DNA of 43,489 bases, taken from IMG/VR virus record IMGVR_UViG_2529292723_000011. The stretch is one strand, 5' to 3'. The position numbers and the translations under genes are program-made. The first letter of the stretch is position 1, and each line of letters begins with the position of its first letter. Shown here in pieces: positions 1 to 9,753 of this stretch. Below the pieces are notes generated by a model. That model was not told the DNA's origin. It was given only the letters and a program-made list of their open reading frames with translations, and made no database searches. The DNA comes from a virus (taxonomy: Duplodnaviria > Heunggongvirae > Uroviricota > Caudoviricetes).

Positions 1-744
<744 letters not shown>

Positions 745-942
745 TTTCTTTCCTCTGTTATGCCATCACCCGCGCTCACCTGGACAGTATGCAGCGGAGA
801 CTGAAGCGCCGCAATGCAGGCTTGCCGTGTTGTGAGGGAAGGAGATTTTGGCTTGGTTGGATCTTTACGTGTTGCCTGTAGGCGGCCTGTTCGTATCCAG
901 TTGGTGGCGGTTGGTCTGGATATCTTAAGAAACTGACAGGCC

Positions 943-1221
943 TCATCGAGTGTGAGGCTGTATGATTCCATGGTTACCTCTGCTTTTTGAACGCATGTCA
1001 CGTAACTTCTTAATGTGTTCTGCCGTTTCGATCTCTTCTGCTATCCGATCTGCATCAGCTTTATTCACAGGTTCAAAGTCATGATTAAAGCGGAACATGC
1101 TGGCGATACATGTTCTGCCTTTTCGGATGTAGTGAACTTTGTTGTGGGTAGAACGCAGGATTTTGCAGGGAGTGCCGTGGTGGTCGACGTACCAGGTGTT
1201 AGGAAAAATGATTCTGAACAT
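943..1221 (-). CDS. Hypothetical early-left protein (92 aa)
   Basis: ORF in compact co-directional operon between the TraR-like gene and xis; no family recognised. Confidence 0.4.
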   Translation of the reverse strand: MFRIIFPNTWYVDHHGTPCKILRSTHNKVHYIRKGRTCIASMFRFNHDFEPVNKADADRIAEEIETAEHIKKLRDMRSKSRGNHGIIQPHTR

Positions 1222-1268
1222 TTTTACACCTCAGTTGGACGATGTTGAAATTTGCTGCTTTGAGGCCA

Positions 1269-1487
1269 TCACAGTCCCCATTGTTTGTTCTTAAGTTCGA
1301 TCTCCTCCTGGCAACTTGCACAAGTCCGACAACCCTGAACAGCCAGGCGTCTTCGCTCATCTATCGGATCGCCACACTCACAACAATGAGTTGCGGATAC
1401 AGTCTGGTAGTTCAGACGACGCATTTTTATTGCTGTATTGCGCTGTAATTCTTCGATTTCTGATGCTGAATCAATGATGTCTGCCAT
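1269..1487 (-). CDS. TraR/DksA-family C4 zinc-finger protein
   Basis: 72 aa with paired Cys motifs CCECGDP...GCRTCASC typical of phage/plasmid TraR-like zinc fingers. Confidence 0.65.
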   Translation of the reverse strand: MADIIDSASEIEELQRNTAIKMRRLNYQTVSATHCCECGDPIDERRRLAVQGCRTCASCQEEIELKNKQWGL

Positions 1488-1585
1488 CTTCCATTAATCC
1501 CTGAATTGTTGGTTAATACGCTTGAGGATGAATGCGAACAATAAAAAAGGAGCCTGTAGCTCCCTGATGATTTTGCTTTTCATGT

Positions 1586-1900
1586 TCACCGTTCCTTAAA
1601 GACGCCGTTTAACATGCCGATCGCCAGGCTTAAATGAGTCGGTGTGAATCCCATCAGCGTTACCGTTTCGCGGTGCTTCTTTAGTACGCTACGGCAAATG
1701 TCATCGACGTTTTTATCCGGAAACTGCTGTCTGGCTTTTTTGATTTCAGAATTAGCCTGACGGGCAATGCTGCGAAGGGCGTTTTCCTGCTGAGGTGTCA
1801 TTGAACAAGTCCCATGTCGGCAAGCATAAGCACACAGAATATGAAGCCCGCTGCCAGAAAAATGCATTCCGTGGTTGTCATGCAGCCTCCCGACGGGCAA
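1586..1900 (-). CDS. Hypothetical protein (104 aa; true start may be internal)
   Basis: ORF co-directional with flanking early genes, overlapping the methyltransferase 3' end by 23 bp; no family recognised. Confidence 0.35.
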   Translation of the reverse strand: MPVGRLHDNHGMHFSGSGLHILCAYACRHGTCSMTPQQENALRSIARQANSEIKKARQQFPDKNVDDICRSVLKKHRETVTLMGFTPTHLSLAIGMLNGVFKER

Positions 1901-2435
1901 GAATCCTTGAGCCGAACGCCATCAACTCTCCACGATCAACAGTCGTAAAGTGGCAGTGTGTACGGGGGTATGGGTGCCAGATAATGAGCATCGAGCCTTT
2001 ATTATTTCCACTGACGGGTTTCTCAGTGAGTGGGTTAATAAATGCCAGTCGTCCTGCCGTGATGAATCTGACCTCACTGGCGGTTTGTATCGCTTCATGA
2101 AACCATCCGACAGATGTGTCAGCAGGCAATAACATTACACATCCCACACTACTGAATTTGTTTTCAGTGGCTGCCTTTTTCACAAAAGGGGAAATATTGC
2201 TGTATGGTGGATTCAACCAGACATAACCAGAGGCATATCCCATTGCTTCAGGCCATGAAGTGGTTAATGTGTTCTGCTCCTGTGAGATAAAAAGCCGACA
2301 TAGTCGGTTTTTTTCGCTGGCGGCAGCATCAAGTTGAAAAACGAACTCTGCATTAAGCGCAGCAAAAATCTCTGGTGGTGTGCGCCAGCTGTCGCGATGT
2401 TCGGCAGGAGTATTGCTTCCGGTGAAATCAGTCAT
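1878..2435 (-). CDS. Phage DNA N6-adenine methyltransferase (Dam-like)
   Basis: 185 aa containing the NPPY (DPPY-class) catalytic motif in ...YVWLNPPYSNISPF...; typical position in lambdoid early-left operons. Confidence 0.8.
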   Translation of the reverse strand: MTDFTGSNTPAEHRDSWRTPPEIFAALNAEFVFQLDAAASEKNRLCRLFISQEQNTLTTSWPEAMGYASGYVWLNPPYSNISPFVKKAATENKFSSVGCVMLLPADTSVGWFHEAIQTASEVRFITAGRLAFINPLTEKPVSGNNKGSMLIIWHPYPRTHCHFTTVDRGELMAFGSRILARREAA

Positions 2436-2589
2436 ACAGCCCCCGTTTATTATTTATCTCCTCAGCCAGCCGCTGTGCTTTCAGGGGATTTCGGATAACA
2501 GAAAGGCCGGGAAATACCCAGCCTCGCTTTGTAACGGAGTAGACGAAAGTGATCGTGCCTACCCGGATATTATCGTGAGGATGCTTCAT
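2428..2589 (-). CDS. Small hypothetical protein (53 aa), below the ORF-track size cutoff
   Basis: Hand translation of the minus strand: ATG at 2589-2587 gives [53 protein letters not shown], stop at 2428-2430. GGGGAG lies about 9 nt upstream; start overlaps the exo stop (ATGA) and the stop overlaps the methyltransferase start. Confidence 0.35.
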   Translation of the reverse strand: MKHPHDNIRVGTITFVYSVTKRGWVFPGLSVIRNPLKAQRLAEEINNKRGLYD

Positions 2590-3266
2590 CGCCATTGCTC
2601 CCCAAATGCAAAACCAATTTCAGCCAGTGCCTCGTCCATTTTTTCGATGAACTCCGGCACCATCTCGTCAAAACTCGCCATGTACTTTTCATCCCGCTCA
2701 ACCACGACATAATGCAGGCCTTCACGCTTCATACGCGGGTCATAGTTGGCAAAGTACCAGGCATCTTTTCGCGTCACCCACATGCTGTACTGCACCTGGG
2801 CCATGTAAGCCGACTTTATGGCCTCGAAACCCCCGAGCCGGAACTTCATGAAATCCCGGGAGGTAAACGGGCATTTCAGCTCAAGGCCATTGCCGTCACT
2901 GCATAAACCATCGGGAGAGCAGGCGGTGCGCATACTTTCGTCGCGATAGATGATCGGGGATTCAATAACATTTACGCCGGAAGTGAACTCAAACAGGGTT
3001 CTGGCGTCGTTCTCGTACTGTTTTCCCCAGGCCAGCGCTTTAGCGTTAACTTCCGGAGCCACACCGGTGCAAACCTCAGCCAGCAGGGTGTGGAAGTAGG
3101 ACATTTTCATGTCAGGCCACTTCTTTCCTGATCGGGGCTTTGCTATCACGTTGTGAACTTCTGAAGCGGTGATGACGCCGAGCCGTAATTTGTGCCATGC
3201 ATCATCCCCCTGTTCGACAGCTCTCACGTCGATCCCGGTACGCTGCAGGATAATGTCCGGTGTCAT
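2586..3266 (-). CDS. exo: Lambda exonuclease (Red alpha), 226 aa
   Basis: [54 protein letters not shown]... is near-identical to lambda Exo as recalled. Confidence 0.95.
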   Translation of the reverse strand: MTPDIILQRTGIDVRAVEQGDDAWHKLRLGVITASEVHNVIAKPRSGKKWPDMKMSYFHTLLAEVCTGVAPEVNAKALAWGKQYENDARTLFEFTSGVNVIESPIIYRDESMRTACSPDGLCSDGNGLELKCPFTSRDFMKFRLGGFEAIKSAYMAQVQYSMWVTRKDAWYFANYDPRMKREGLHYVVVERDEKYMASFDEMVPEFIEKMDEALAEIGFAFGEQWR

Positions 3267-4048
3267 GCTGCCACCTTCTGCTCAGTGGCTTTCTGTTTCA
3301 GGAATCCAAGAGCTTTCACTGCTTCGGCCTGTGTCAGTTCTGACGATGCGCGAATGTCGCGGCGAAATATCTGGGAACAGAGCGGCAATAAGTCGTCATC
3401 CCATGTTTTATCCAGGGCAATCAGCAGAGTGTTAATCTCCTGCATGGTTTCATCGTTAACCGGAGTGATGTCGCGTTCCGGCTGACGTTCTGCAGTGTAT
3501 GCGGTATTTTCGACAATGCGCTCGGCTTCATCCTTGTCATAGATACCAGCAAATCCGAAGGCGAGACGGGCACACTGAATCATGGCTTTATGCCGTAACA
3601 TCCGTTTGGGATGCGACTGCCACGGCCCCGTGATTTCTCTGCCTTCGCGGGTTTTGAATGGTTCGCGGCGGCATTCATCCATCCACTCGGTAACGCAGAT
3701 CGGATGATTGCGGTCTTTGCGGTAAATCCGGCATGTGCAGGATTCGTTGTCCTGTTCAAAGTCCATGCCGTCAAACTGCTGGTTTTCGTTGATGATGCGG
3801 GACCAGCCATCAACGCCCACCACCGGAACGATGCCGTTCTGCTTATCGGGGAAGGCGTAAATTTCTTTCGTCCACGGATTAAGGCCGTACTGGTTGGCGA
3901 CGATCAACAATGCGATGAACTGCGCATCGCTGGCATCACCTTTAAATGCCGTCTGGCGAAGAGTGGTGATCAGTTCCTGTGGGTCGACAGAATCCATGCC
4001 GACACGTTCAGCCAGCTTCCCAGCCAGCGTTGCGAGTGCAGTACTCAT
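3263..4048 (-). CDS. bet: Lambda Bet (Red beta) single-strand annealing protein, 261 aa
   Basis: [66 protein letters not shown]... matches lambda Bet; start overlaps exo. Confidence 0.95.
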   Translation of the reverse strand: MSTALATLAGKLAERVGMDSVDPQELITTLRQTAFKGDASDAQFIALLIVANQYGLNPWTKEIYAFPDKQNGIVPVVGVDGWSRIINENQQFDGMDFEQDNESCTCRIYRKDRNHPICVTEWMDECRREPFKTREGREITGPWQSHPKRMLRHKAMIQCARLAFGFAGIYDKDEAERIVENTAYTAERQPERDITPVNDETMQEINTLLIALDKTWDDDLLPLCSQIFRRDIRASSELTQAEAVKALGFLKQKATEQKVAA

Positions 4049-4053
4049 TCGTT

Positions 4054-4350
4054 TTATACCTCTGAATCAATATCAACCTGGTGGTGAGCAATGGTTTCAA
4101 CCATGTACTGGATGTGTTCTGCCATGCGCTCCTGAAACTCAACATCGTCATCAAACGCACGGGTAATGGCTTTTTTGCTGGCCCCGTGGCGTTGCAAATG
4201 ATCGATGCATAGCGATTCAAACAGGTGCTGGGGCAGGCCTTTTTCCATGTCGTCTGCCAGTTCTGCCTCTTTCTCTTCACGGGCGATCTGCTGGTAGTGA
4301 CGCGCCCAGCTCTGAGCCTCAAGACGATCCTGAATGTAATAAGCGTTCAT
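4054..4350 (-). CDS. gam: Gam, RecBCD inhibitor (98-aa short form)
   Basis: [60 protein letters not shown]... matches the lambda Gam core. Confidence 0.9.
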   Translation of the reverse strand: MNAYYIQDRLEAQSWARHYQQIAREEKEAELADDMEKGLPQHLFESLCIDHLQRHGASKKAITRAFDDDVEFQERMAEHIQYMVETIAHHQVDIDSEV

Positions 4351-4425
4351 GGCTGAACTCCTGAAAATGGCTGTGAAAAAATCGCCCGCGGAATGCCAGG
4401 CTGATTCGGAAAACAGGAAAGGGGA

Positions 4426-4716
4426 TTAGTGATTCAGACCGTTGCCGCGTCCGTCGAGAAAAACTTCCACGAGCAAGTCACGGGTATAAGTGCGCTCAAT
4501 GCCGCGATGCAGATAAAGTCGTCCGCGTAAATTAGCTGATGCAGTCCAGGTACCATCTTTGCGTTTGACCAGCATTCCTGGCATGACCGCACCGCGATTA
4601 ACGGTCTGCGTTCCGTAATGTTGATGAACCATAAAAACTCCTGCCCGTAAGCTGGGCTGCTGAACATATAAAGACTTCTGCGCGTATTCAGGCGGTGGAT
4701 GGCCGCCGGTTGTCAT
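4426..4716 (-). CDS. Hypothetical protein (96 aa), first gene leftward of the putative pL/OL region (lambda N position)
   Basis: ORF with GAGGCGG about 7 nt upstream of the start; no arginine-rich N-like motif; function not recognised. An overlapping 77-aa alternative frame (4434-4667) has a poorer start context. Confidence 0.35.
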   Translation of the reverse strand: MTTGGHPPPEYAQKSLYVQQPSLRAGVFMVHQHYGTQTVNRGAVMPGMLVKRKDGTWTASANLRGRLYLHRGIERTYTRDLLVEVFLDGRGNGLNH

Positions 4717-4899
4717 AACTAAGCCGCCTCGTTGAAGCGACTAAGGTATGAAATGTTGAGTTGATTTCAGCTGGTCACACCGACGTTCACGCGTCCGTTT
4801 CATCCCTCGCACTCCCCGAAGCCTGCTGAAATTCAAGCTGCGGATCTAAGCGGTCATCGCAACGGTGAATCAGGTAGTTGCCGTATCGTTGTGTTGTTG

Positions 4900-4990
4900 C
4901 GATGAACTTATTTAAAACTATAGTTGTTTTATCGTCAACAACAAAAGTTGTTTTATTGGTTGTTTTAGATATAACTGGTTGTATTTAGGA
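4900..4990 (-). promoter_or_regulatory. Putative OL/pL operator-promoter region
   Basis: AT-rich block with palindromes AACAACaaaaGTTGTT and AAAACTATAGTTGTTTT sharing the GTTGTT/AACAAC half-site with the cI-cro intergenic region; lies between the terminator of the 287-aa gene and the leftward early genes. Confidence 0.4.
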
Positions 4991-5075
4991 TGGATTTATT
5001 TTGTGACTTGCATCGCACAGCGATAACTGAAGCGAGGTCGTGGTGGTTTTTTGAACGGTTTGTGTGATGAGGGGA

Positions 5076-5105
5076 GGCAAAAGAAAACCCGGCACGACGG
5101 CCGGG
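5076..5105 (-). terminator. Rho-independent terminator immediately after the 287-aa gene
   Basis: Minus-strand reading CCCGGC-cgtcgt-GCCGGG followed by TTTTCTTTT, starting 5 nt after the stop codon at 5110-5112. Confidence 0.6.
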
Positions 5106-5109
5106 GAAA

Positions 5110-5973
5110 TCATTTCGCATCTACAATAAATAACCTGTTTATCTGGCCTTTTTTAACAGTAGCCTTTGCGGTTATAGTGAATACTGCAGATGGATCACCT
5201 TTGGTTGATATATATGCACTAAGAGCTCTAATATACGGGTTATTCTTCTTTCCTGCAGCTGGATCGCTAATTTCAGCAGTGATTCTCTTTTTTGAGTCAT
5301 CACCATCTAAAATTATTTTAGCTGTCATATTTTGTGCATCAAATTCTGTAAGAAAAGCACGATACTCACGAAGACCGAGAACTTCATCATCATCAAGCCT
5401 ATCAATTTCAGCTTTATCTCTCTCGTTAACTTTTAGAAGGCAGCCGTCAACATTTGTTGCAACACTTATCTGATCGCAAGTATTACCAATAGGTGATACT
5501 GCCTGCCTTACAGAGGGGCGAAGCTCTACAGCCATTCGGTCAATCAAAGAGATCAACTTATCAATGGTTCCAGCATCCTTGTTTCCTAGTGCCTCTATGG
5601 CCTTTTCAAGTGACTGCTGCAAAGCTTTCATTTCATCTTTCTTGTTAGAATTTCTCGCAAAAATATATTGTAGTATTGCGCCAAGTATAGTTGCGGCGAT
5701 CCCCGAGAACAACTGGTTCTGAGTGGCGAAGTTAAGAACTGCTTCAAGAGTAAAGCAGTTAGCTTTTGCTTCGCGTGCGTAAACCTTAACTTCCTGATAA
5801 TTAATGTATTTACTATATTTTTGTGTAACAGAGAAAGAAGCTGCTGTTGAGAGAACTTTAGAAAAACCCTTTAGGGATTCTCCTAGGCAGTTCAAATCTA
5901 TTTCATGATTTAAAGCATCTTTTCCGTCATACCTAAGAGAGATTTTTATATCCTGTAAAGCGTCACAATCCAT
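5110..5973 (-). CDS. Protein of unknown function (287 aa) in the Rex-equivalent position downstream of cI; candidate superinfection-exclusion or abortive-infection factor
   Basis: Start 67 bp after the cI stop on the same strand, with GAGAG upstream; visibly AT-rich relative to flanks; contains a hydrophobic stretch [19 protein letters not shown]; no similarity to RexA/RexB/SieB as recalled. Confidence 0.6.
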   Translation of the reverse strand: MDCDALQDIKISLRYDGKDALNHEIDLNCLGESLKGFSKVLSTAASFSVTQKYSKYINYQEVKVYAREAKANCFTLEAVLNFATQNQLFSGIAATILGAILQYIFARNSNKKDEMKALQQSLEKAIEALGNKDAGTIDKLISLIDRMAVELRPSVRQAVSPIGNTCDQISVATNVDGCLLKVNERDKAEIDRLDDDEVLGLREYRAFLTEFDAQNMTAKIILDGDDSKKRITAEISDPAAGKKNNPYIRALSAYISTKGDPSAVFTITAKATVKKGQINRLFIVDAK

Positions 5974-6039
5974 AAATCGCTCTCGTCTAATTCTAATTAA
6001 ATTTACTATCCCCTAAACGACTCATCAGCACAGTACTGA

Positions 6040-6729
6040 TTATCCATGTTTCCTGTACGTCTGGGGCATGCTCCCAATAACCTTACCGAAGATGAACACC
6101 CGGTTCATCTCGTCTTTCTCGATCGGGTCCCACGGTGAGTAGCTCTTGTTATCAGAGATAACCAGCAGCTTATCCTTCATCATTTGCAGGCGCTTTACAT
6201 GGGCTGTGTCGTCGTACAGAAACGCATAGATACCATCACCGTCGAAAGATTTAACCGTGATATCAACGAACAGCAGATCCCCTGGTTCGATCGTTCCTGA
6301 CATGCTGTCACCACGCACGTTAATGATGCGGATATTTTCCGCCTTCCTACCATCGAACATGTGACGAGCATCGTCAAACGAGTACTCAACCGAGCGTAGA
6401 ACTTCTACAAACTCACGGTTGATGACTCCCGGCCCAGCACTGACTTCTATATCAAGAACGTCAATCTTGAAGTATTTGGAATGGCTGACAGTTGATTGTA
6501 TTGGTTGCACTGTACTGTCTGACATATTTCCAACGCCAGAAGATAACCATTCTGCGCGCACACCCAAAGCGTTCGCGATCTCCACGATTTTAGTTGTTTG
6601 ATTAGCTTTCCCTGTTTCGATTTTCTGAATAGCAGCCTGGCTAACCCCGACCAAATCCCCAAGCGCCTTTTGTGTAAGGCCTCGCGCTAATCTGGCTTCT
6701 TTAAGTCTTTCTGAGAGTGTTGTTTTCAT
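6040..6729 (-). CDS. cI: CI-like prophage repressor (HTH_XRE N-domain plus LexA/S24-type autocleavage C-domain); start taken at MKTTLSERL (track ORF extends to 6795)
   Basis: N-terminal LTQKALGDLVGVSQAAIQKIETGK helix-turn-helix; Ala-Gly cleavage-site candidate in EVSAGPG; GDSM serine and VKRL lysine motifs of the S24 peptidase fold; divergent from the cro-like gene. Confidence 0.85.
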   Translation of the reverse strand: MKTTLSERLKEARLARGLTQKALGDLVGVSQAAIQKIETGKANQTTKIVEIANALGVRAEWLSSGVGNMSDSTVQPIQSTVSHSKYFKIDVLDIEVSAGPGVINREFVEVLRSVEYSFDDARHMFDGRKAENIRIINVRGDSMSGTIEPGDLLFVDITVKSFDGDGIYAFLYDDTAHVKRLQMMKDKLLVISDNKSYSPWDPIEKDEMNRVFIFGKVIGSMPQTYRKHG

Positions 6730-6833
6730 AGTCCAAATGTACAACCAAGGTTTTATTCCATCAAACGAAAATGGTTGTTGACTAAAAACAACCATAGTTT
6801 TAATCTTGATTCAAATTAACCACGGAGGTTGTT
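6730..6833. promoter_or_regulatory. Putative OR/pRM/pR divergent operator-promoter region
   Basis: 104-bp intergenic between divergent cI and cro; contains the 25-bp palindrome ATGGTTGTTgactaaaAACAACCAT (6771-6795) and AACCAAGGTT; GGAGG RBS before cro. Confidence 0.6.
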
Positions 6834-7064
6834 ATGAACCCAGCTATCAAAACAGCGATCAATATCGTTGGTTCACAAAAGAAACTGGGCGCTGCTTGCG
6901 AAGTTTCACAGCAGGCCGTCTATAAGTGGCTTCACAACAAAGCAAAGGTATCCCCTGAACATGTCGGCAGCATTGTTACGGCTACTGGTGGAGTAGTGAA
7001 GGCATACCAGATTCGCCCGGATCTTCCGAAGTTGTTTCCACACACCGAAAAGAACGCAGCTTAA
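6834..7064 (+). CDS. cro: Cro-like HTH regulator (76 aa)
   Basis: Divergent from cI; HTH segment QKKLGAACEVSQQAVYKWL. Confidence 0.75.
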   Translation: MNPAIKTAINIVGSQKKLGAACEVSQQAVYKWLHNKAKVSPEHVGSIVTATGGVVKAYQIRPDLPKLFPHTEKNAA

Positions 7065-7133
7065 ATTTCCATTTCACGCTCTTTAACAATAAGCAATCAA
7101 CTTAACAGTCAATTCAAACTAAAGGAGTCAATT

Positions 7134-7673
7134 ATGCAACCACTTACATACCAACAGACTAGCGGATTTAGCCCGACTGCGGTGATAAATCGTTCTCAAA
7201 CAAAACAGGTGCCAGACCACGAAAAAATCCGTGATGCCGTCCGCGCCTGGTCGGCTGTAGATAATCAGGATGTCGTTGCCGCACTCATTGTGAATGAGTA
7301 TCGGGAGCAGGGCGACGGCACCATCGATTTCCCTGATGATGTCAGCCGTGCACGCCAGAAGCTGTTCCGCTTCCTCGATAACAAATTCGATTCTGAAAAA
7401 TACCGAAATAACGTGCGTGAACTGACCCCGGCAATTCTGGCGGTACTACCGCTGGAATATCGCGGTTACCTGGTTGAGCAGGATAGCTTCATGACTCGGC
7501 TGGCTGAAATGGAAAAGGAACTCAGTGAGGCAAAACAGGCTGTCATTCTCAACGCACCACGCCACCAGAAACTGAAGGAAATTAGTGAAGGTATTGTGTC
7601 GATGTTTCGTGTGGACCCGGATCTGGCTGGTCCATTGATGGCGATGGTTACCACCATGTTGGGGGCAATATGA
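7134..7673 (+). CDS. Putative CII-like lysogeny regulator (179 aa; family assignment uncertain)
   Basis: Position between cro and O where cII sits in lambdoid phages; longer than lambda CII, possibly the CP-933-type CII family; stop overlaps the O start (ATGA). Confidence 0.45.
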   Translation: MQPLTYQQTSGFSPTAVINRSQTKQVPDHEKIRDAVRAWSAVDNQDVVAALIVNEYREQGDGTIDFPDDVSRARQKLFRFLDNKFDSEKYRNNVRELTPAILAVLPLEYRGYLVEQDSFMTRLAEMEKELSEAKQAVILNAPRHQKLKEISEGIVSMFRVDPDLAGPLMAMVTTMLGAI

Positions 7674-8689
7674 CAGGCTCAGAAATGGCGAAAGCCGGTC
7701 TGCGGGAACAGAGCCGACTTTCAGGCGCAAATCGTAACGCACTCATTGCGGGAGGAATTATGGCAAACACTGCTGAGATATTCAATTTTCCAGTGCCGGA
7801 TGTGGCACAAAAGGAGCCGCGCGTGGCAGATCTCGATGATGGTTATACGCGCATTGCAAATGAGTTGCTGGAAGCTGTGATGCTGGCCGGATTAACACAG
7901 CACCAGCTTCTGGTCTTCCTGGCTGTCATGCGCAAAACATATGGCTTTAATAAAAAACTGGATTGGGTGAGCAACGAGCAACTTTCCGAATTGACCGGGA
8001 TATTGCCGCACAAGTGTTCTGCTGCAAAAAGCGTTCTGGTAAAGCGTGGGATTCTTATTCAGAGCGGGCGGAATACCGGCATTAATAATGTGGTCAGTGA
8101 ATGGTCAACATTACCCGAATCAGGTAAGAAAAATAAAGTTTACCTGAAAGAGGTAAATTTACCTGAATCAGGTAAAAAAAGTTTACCCAAATCAGGTAAA
8201 GACGTTTACCCGAATCAGGTAAACACAAAAGACAAACTAACAAAAGACAATATAAAACCTTATTCGTCCGAGAATTCTGGCGAATCCTCTGACCAGCCAG
8301 AAAACGACCTTCCTGTGGTGAAACCGGATGCTGCGATTCAGAGCGGCAGCAAGTGGGGGACAGCAGAAGACCTGACCGCCGCAGAGTGGATGTTTGACAT
8401 GGTGAAGACCATCGCGCCATCAGCCAGAAAACCGAATTTTGCAGGGTGGGCTAACGATATCCGCCTGATGCGTGAACGTGACGGACGTAACCACCGCGAC
8501 ATGTGCGTGCTGTTCCGCTGGGCATGCCAGGACAACTTCTGGTCCGGTAACGTGCTAAGTCCGGCCAAACTCCGCGACAAGTGGACCCAGCTCGAAATCA
8601 ACCGTAACAAGCAACAGGCAGGCGTGACAGCCAGCAAACCAAAACTCGACCTGACAAACACAGACTGGATTTACGGGGTTGATCTATGA
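7670..8689 (+). CDS. O: Replication initiator O (lambda O-like); start may instead be the internal MANTAEIFNF at 7760
   Basis: ...VADLDDGYTRIANELLEAVMLAGLTQHQLLVFLAVMRKTYGFNKKLDWVSNEQLSELTG... matches the lambda O N-terminal domain; iterons and AT-rich spacer lie inside the gene as in ori-lambda. Confidence 0.9.
   Translation: MTGSEMAKAGLREQSRLSGANRNALIAGGIMANTAEIFNFPVPDVAQKEPRVADLDDGYTRIANELLEAVMLAGLTQHQLLVFLAVMRKTYGFNKKLDWVSNEQLSELTGILPHKCSAAKSVLVKRGILIQSGRNTGINNVVSEWSTLPESGKKNKVYLKEVNLPESGKKSLPKSGKDVYPNQVNTKDKLTKDNIKPYSSENSGESSDQPENDLPVVKPDAAIQSGSKWGTAEDLTAAEWMFDMVKTIAPSARKPNFAGWANDIRLMRERDGRNHRDMCVLFRWACQDNFWSGNVLSPAKLRDKWTQLEINRNKQQAGVTASKPKLDLTNTDWIYGVDL
8111..8222 (+). repeat. ori iterons: five direct copies of about 17 bp, TTACC(C/T)(G/A)AA(T/A)(C/G)AGGTAA, followed by an AT-rich stretch (8223-8262)
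   Basis: Copies at 8111, 8140, 8159, 8183 and 8206, each an internal inverted repeat TTACC..GGTAA; within the O linker region as in lambda. Confidence 0.85.
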
Positions 8690-9408
8690 AAAACATCGCC
8701 GCACAGATGATTAACTTTGACCGTGAGCAGATGCGTCGGATCGCCAACAACATGCCGGAACAGTACGACGAAAAGCCGCAGGTACAGCAGGTAGCGCAGA
8801 TTATCAATGGTGTGTTCAGCCAGTTACTGGCAACTTTCCCGGCGAGCCTGGCTAACCGGGACCAGAACGAACTGAACGAAATCCGCCGCCAGTGGGTGCT
8901 GGCTTTCCGGGAAAACGGGATCGCCACAATGGAACAGGTTAACGCAGGAATGCGCGTAGCCCGTCGGCAGAATCGACCATTTCTGCCATCACCCGGGCAG
9001 TTTGTTGCATGGTGCCGGGAAGAAGCATCCGTTACCGCCGGGCTGCCAAACGTCAGCGAGCTGGTTGATATGGTTTACGAGTATTGCCGGAAGCGTGGCC
9101 TGTATCCGGACGCAGAGTCTTATCCATGGAAATCAAACGCGCACTACTGGTTGGTTACCAACCTGTACCAGAATATGCGGGCCAATGCGTTGACTGACTC
9201 GGAATTACGGCGCAAGGCTGCCGATGAACTTGCCCATATGACTGCGAGAATTAACCGTGGTGAGGCGATTCCCGAGCCAGTTAAACAGCTTCCGGTTATT
9301 GGTGGTAAGCCGCTATCCCGTATACAAGGATTGGCAAAGTTGGCTGAGATTCGCGAGAAGCACGGACTGAGAAGACGTAAACAATTAACGGGAGTGAAGC
9401 TAACCTGA
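8686..9408 (+). CDS. P: Replication protein P (DnaB helicase loader), 240 aa
   Basis: MKNIAAQMINFDREQMRRIANNMPEQYDEKPQVQQVAQIINGVFSQLLATFPASLANRDQNE... is near-identical to lambda P over most of its length; the C-terminal tail differs. Confidence 0.9.
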   Translation: MKNIAAQMINFDREQMRRIANNMPEQYDEKPQVQQVAQIINGVFSQLLATFPASLANRDQNELNEIRRQWVLAFRENGIATMEQVNAGMRVARRQNRPFLPSPGQFVAWCREEASVTAGLPNVSELVDMVYEYCRKRGLYPDAESYPWKSNAHYWLVTNLYQNMRANALTDSELRRKAADELAHMTARINRGEAIPEPVKQLPVIGGKPLSRIQGLAKLAEIREKHGLRRRKQLTGVKLT

Positions 9409-9452
9409 ACTACCTTCAAGACACATAAAACCTTTCCCCCAGAAAATATAGT

Positions 9453-9677
9453 TCATCCTGCGGCATCAACCAGACCGTAAACATTCTGACAAAGCAGGGC
9501 GATCTGGTCGATGTCAGCAATATCTAGCGAACGATTCACTACCGATTGGTAACCGAAGAGGAAATCTCTTGGCACAAAAGCACCAATCAGATTTTCGATG
9601 ATGGCCCCCAAGCCCGGTGATGACGCGAATTTTACTAGCCTACGAGAGGAACGGAGCATGAAGACAGCACCGAGCAC
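9453..9677 (-). CDS. Orphan 74-aa ORF at the boundary of the AT-rich island; possible gene remnant
   Basis: ORF-track entry only; no recognisable family or clear start context. Confidence 0.2.
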   Translation of the reverse strand: MLGAVFMLRSSRRLVKFASSPGLGAIIENLIGAFVPRDFLFGYQSVVNRSLDIADIDQIALLCQNVYGLVDAAG

Positions 9678-9753
9678 AGTGTAACTATTCGATTTTTTTC
9701 TGTTTGATTTTTCGACATACTACATTATATAGCTCGATATCCTTTCATTTTAC

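Noticed and set aside
4434-4667. 77-aa alternative-frame ORF overlapping the 96-aa ORF left of pL
   Set aside because: No Shine-Dalgarno-like sequence before its start, unlike the 96-aa frame (GAGGCGG); only one of the two is likely real.
6796-6833. Lambda N/nut-type antitermination elements and a ren gene
   Set aside because: No arginine-rich N-like ORF and no boxA/boxB-like sequence recognised by eye; the plus strand after P has no ren-like ORF. Absence cannot be proven without alignment.
8111-8222. Possible CRISPR-like repeat array
   Set aside because: Five about 17-bp copies separated by only a few bp, inside the O coding region and followed by an AT-rich block: these are ori iterons, not repeat-spacer units.
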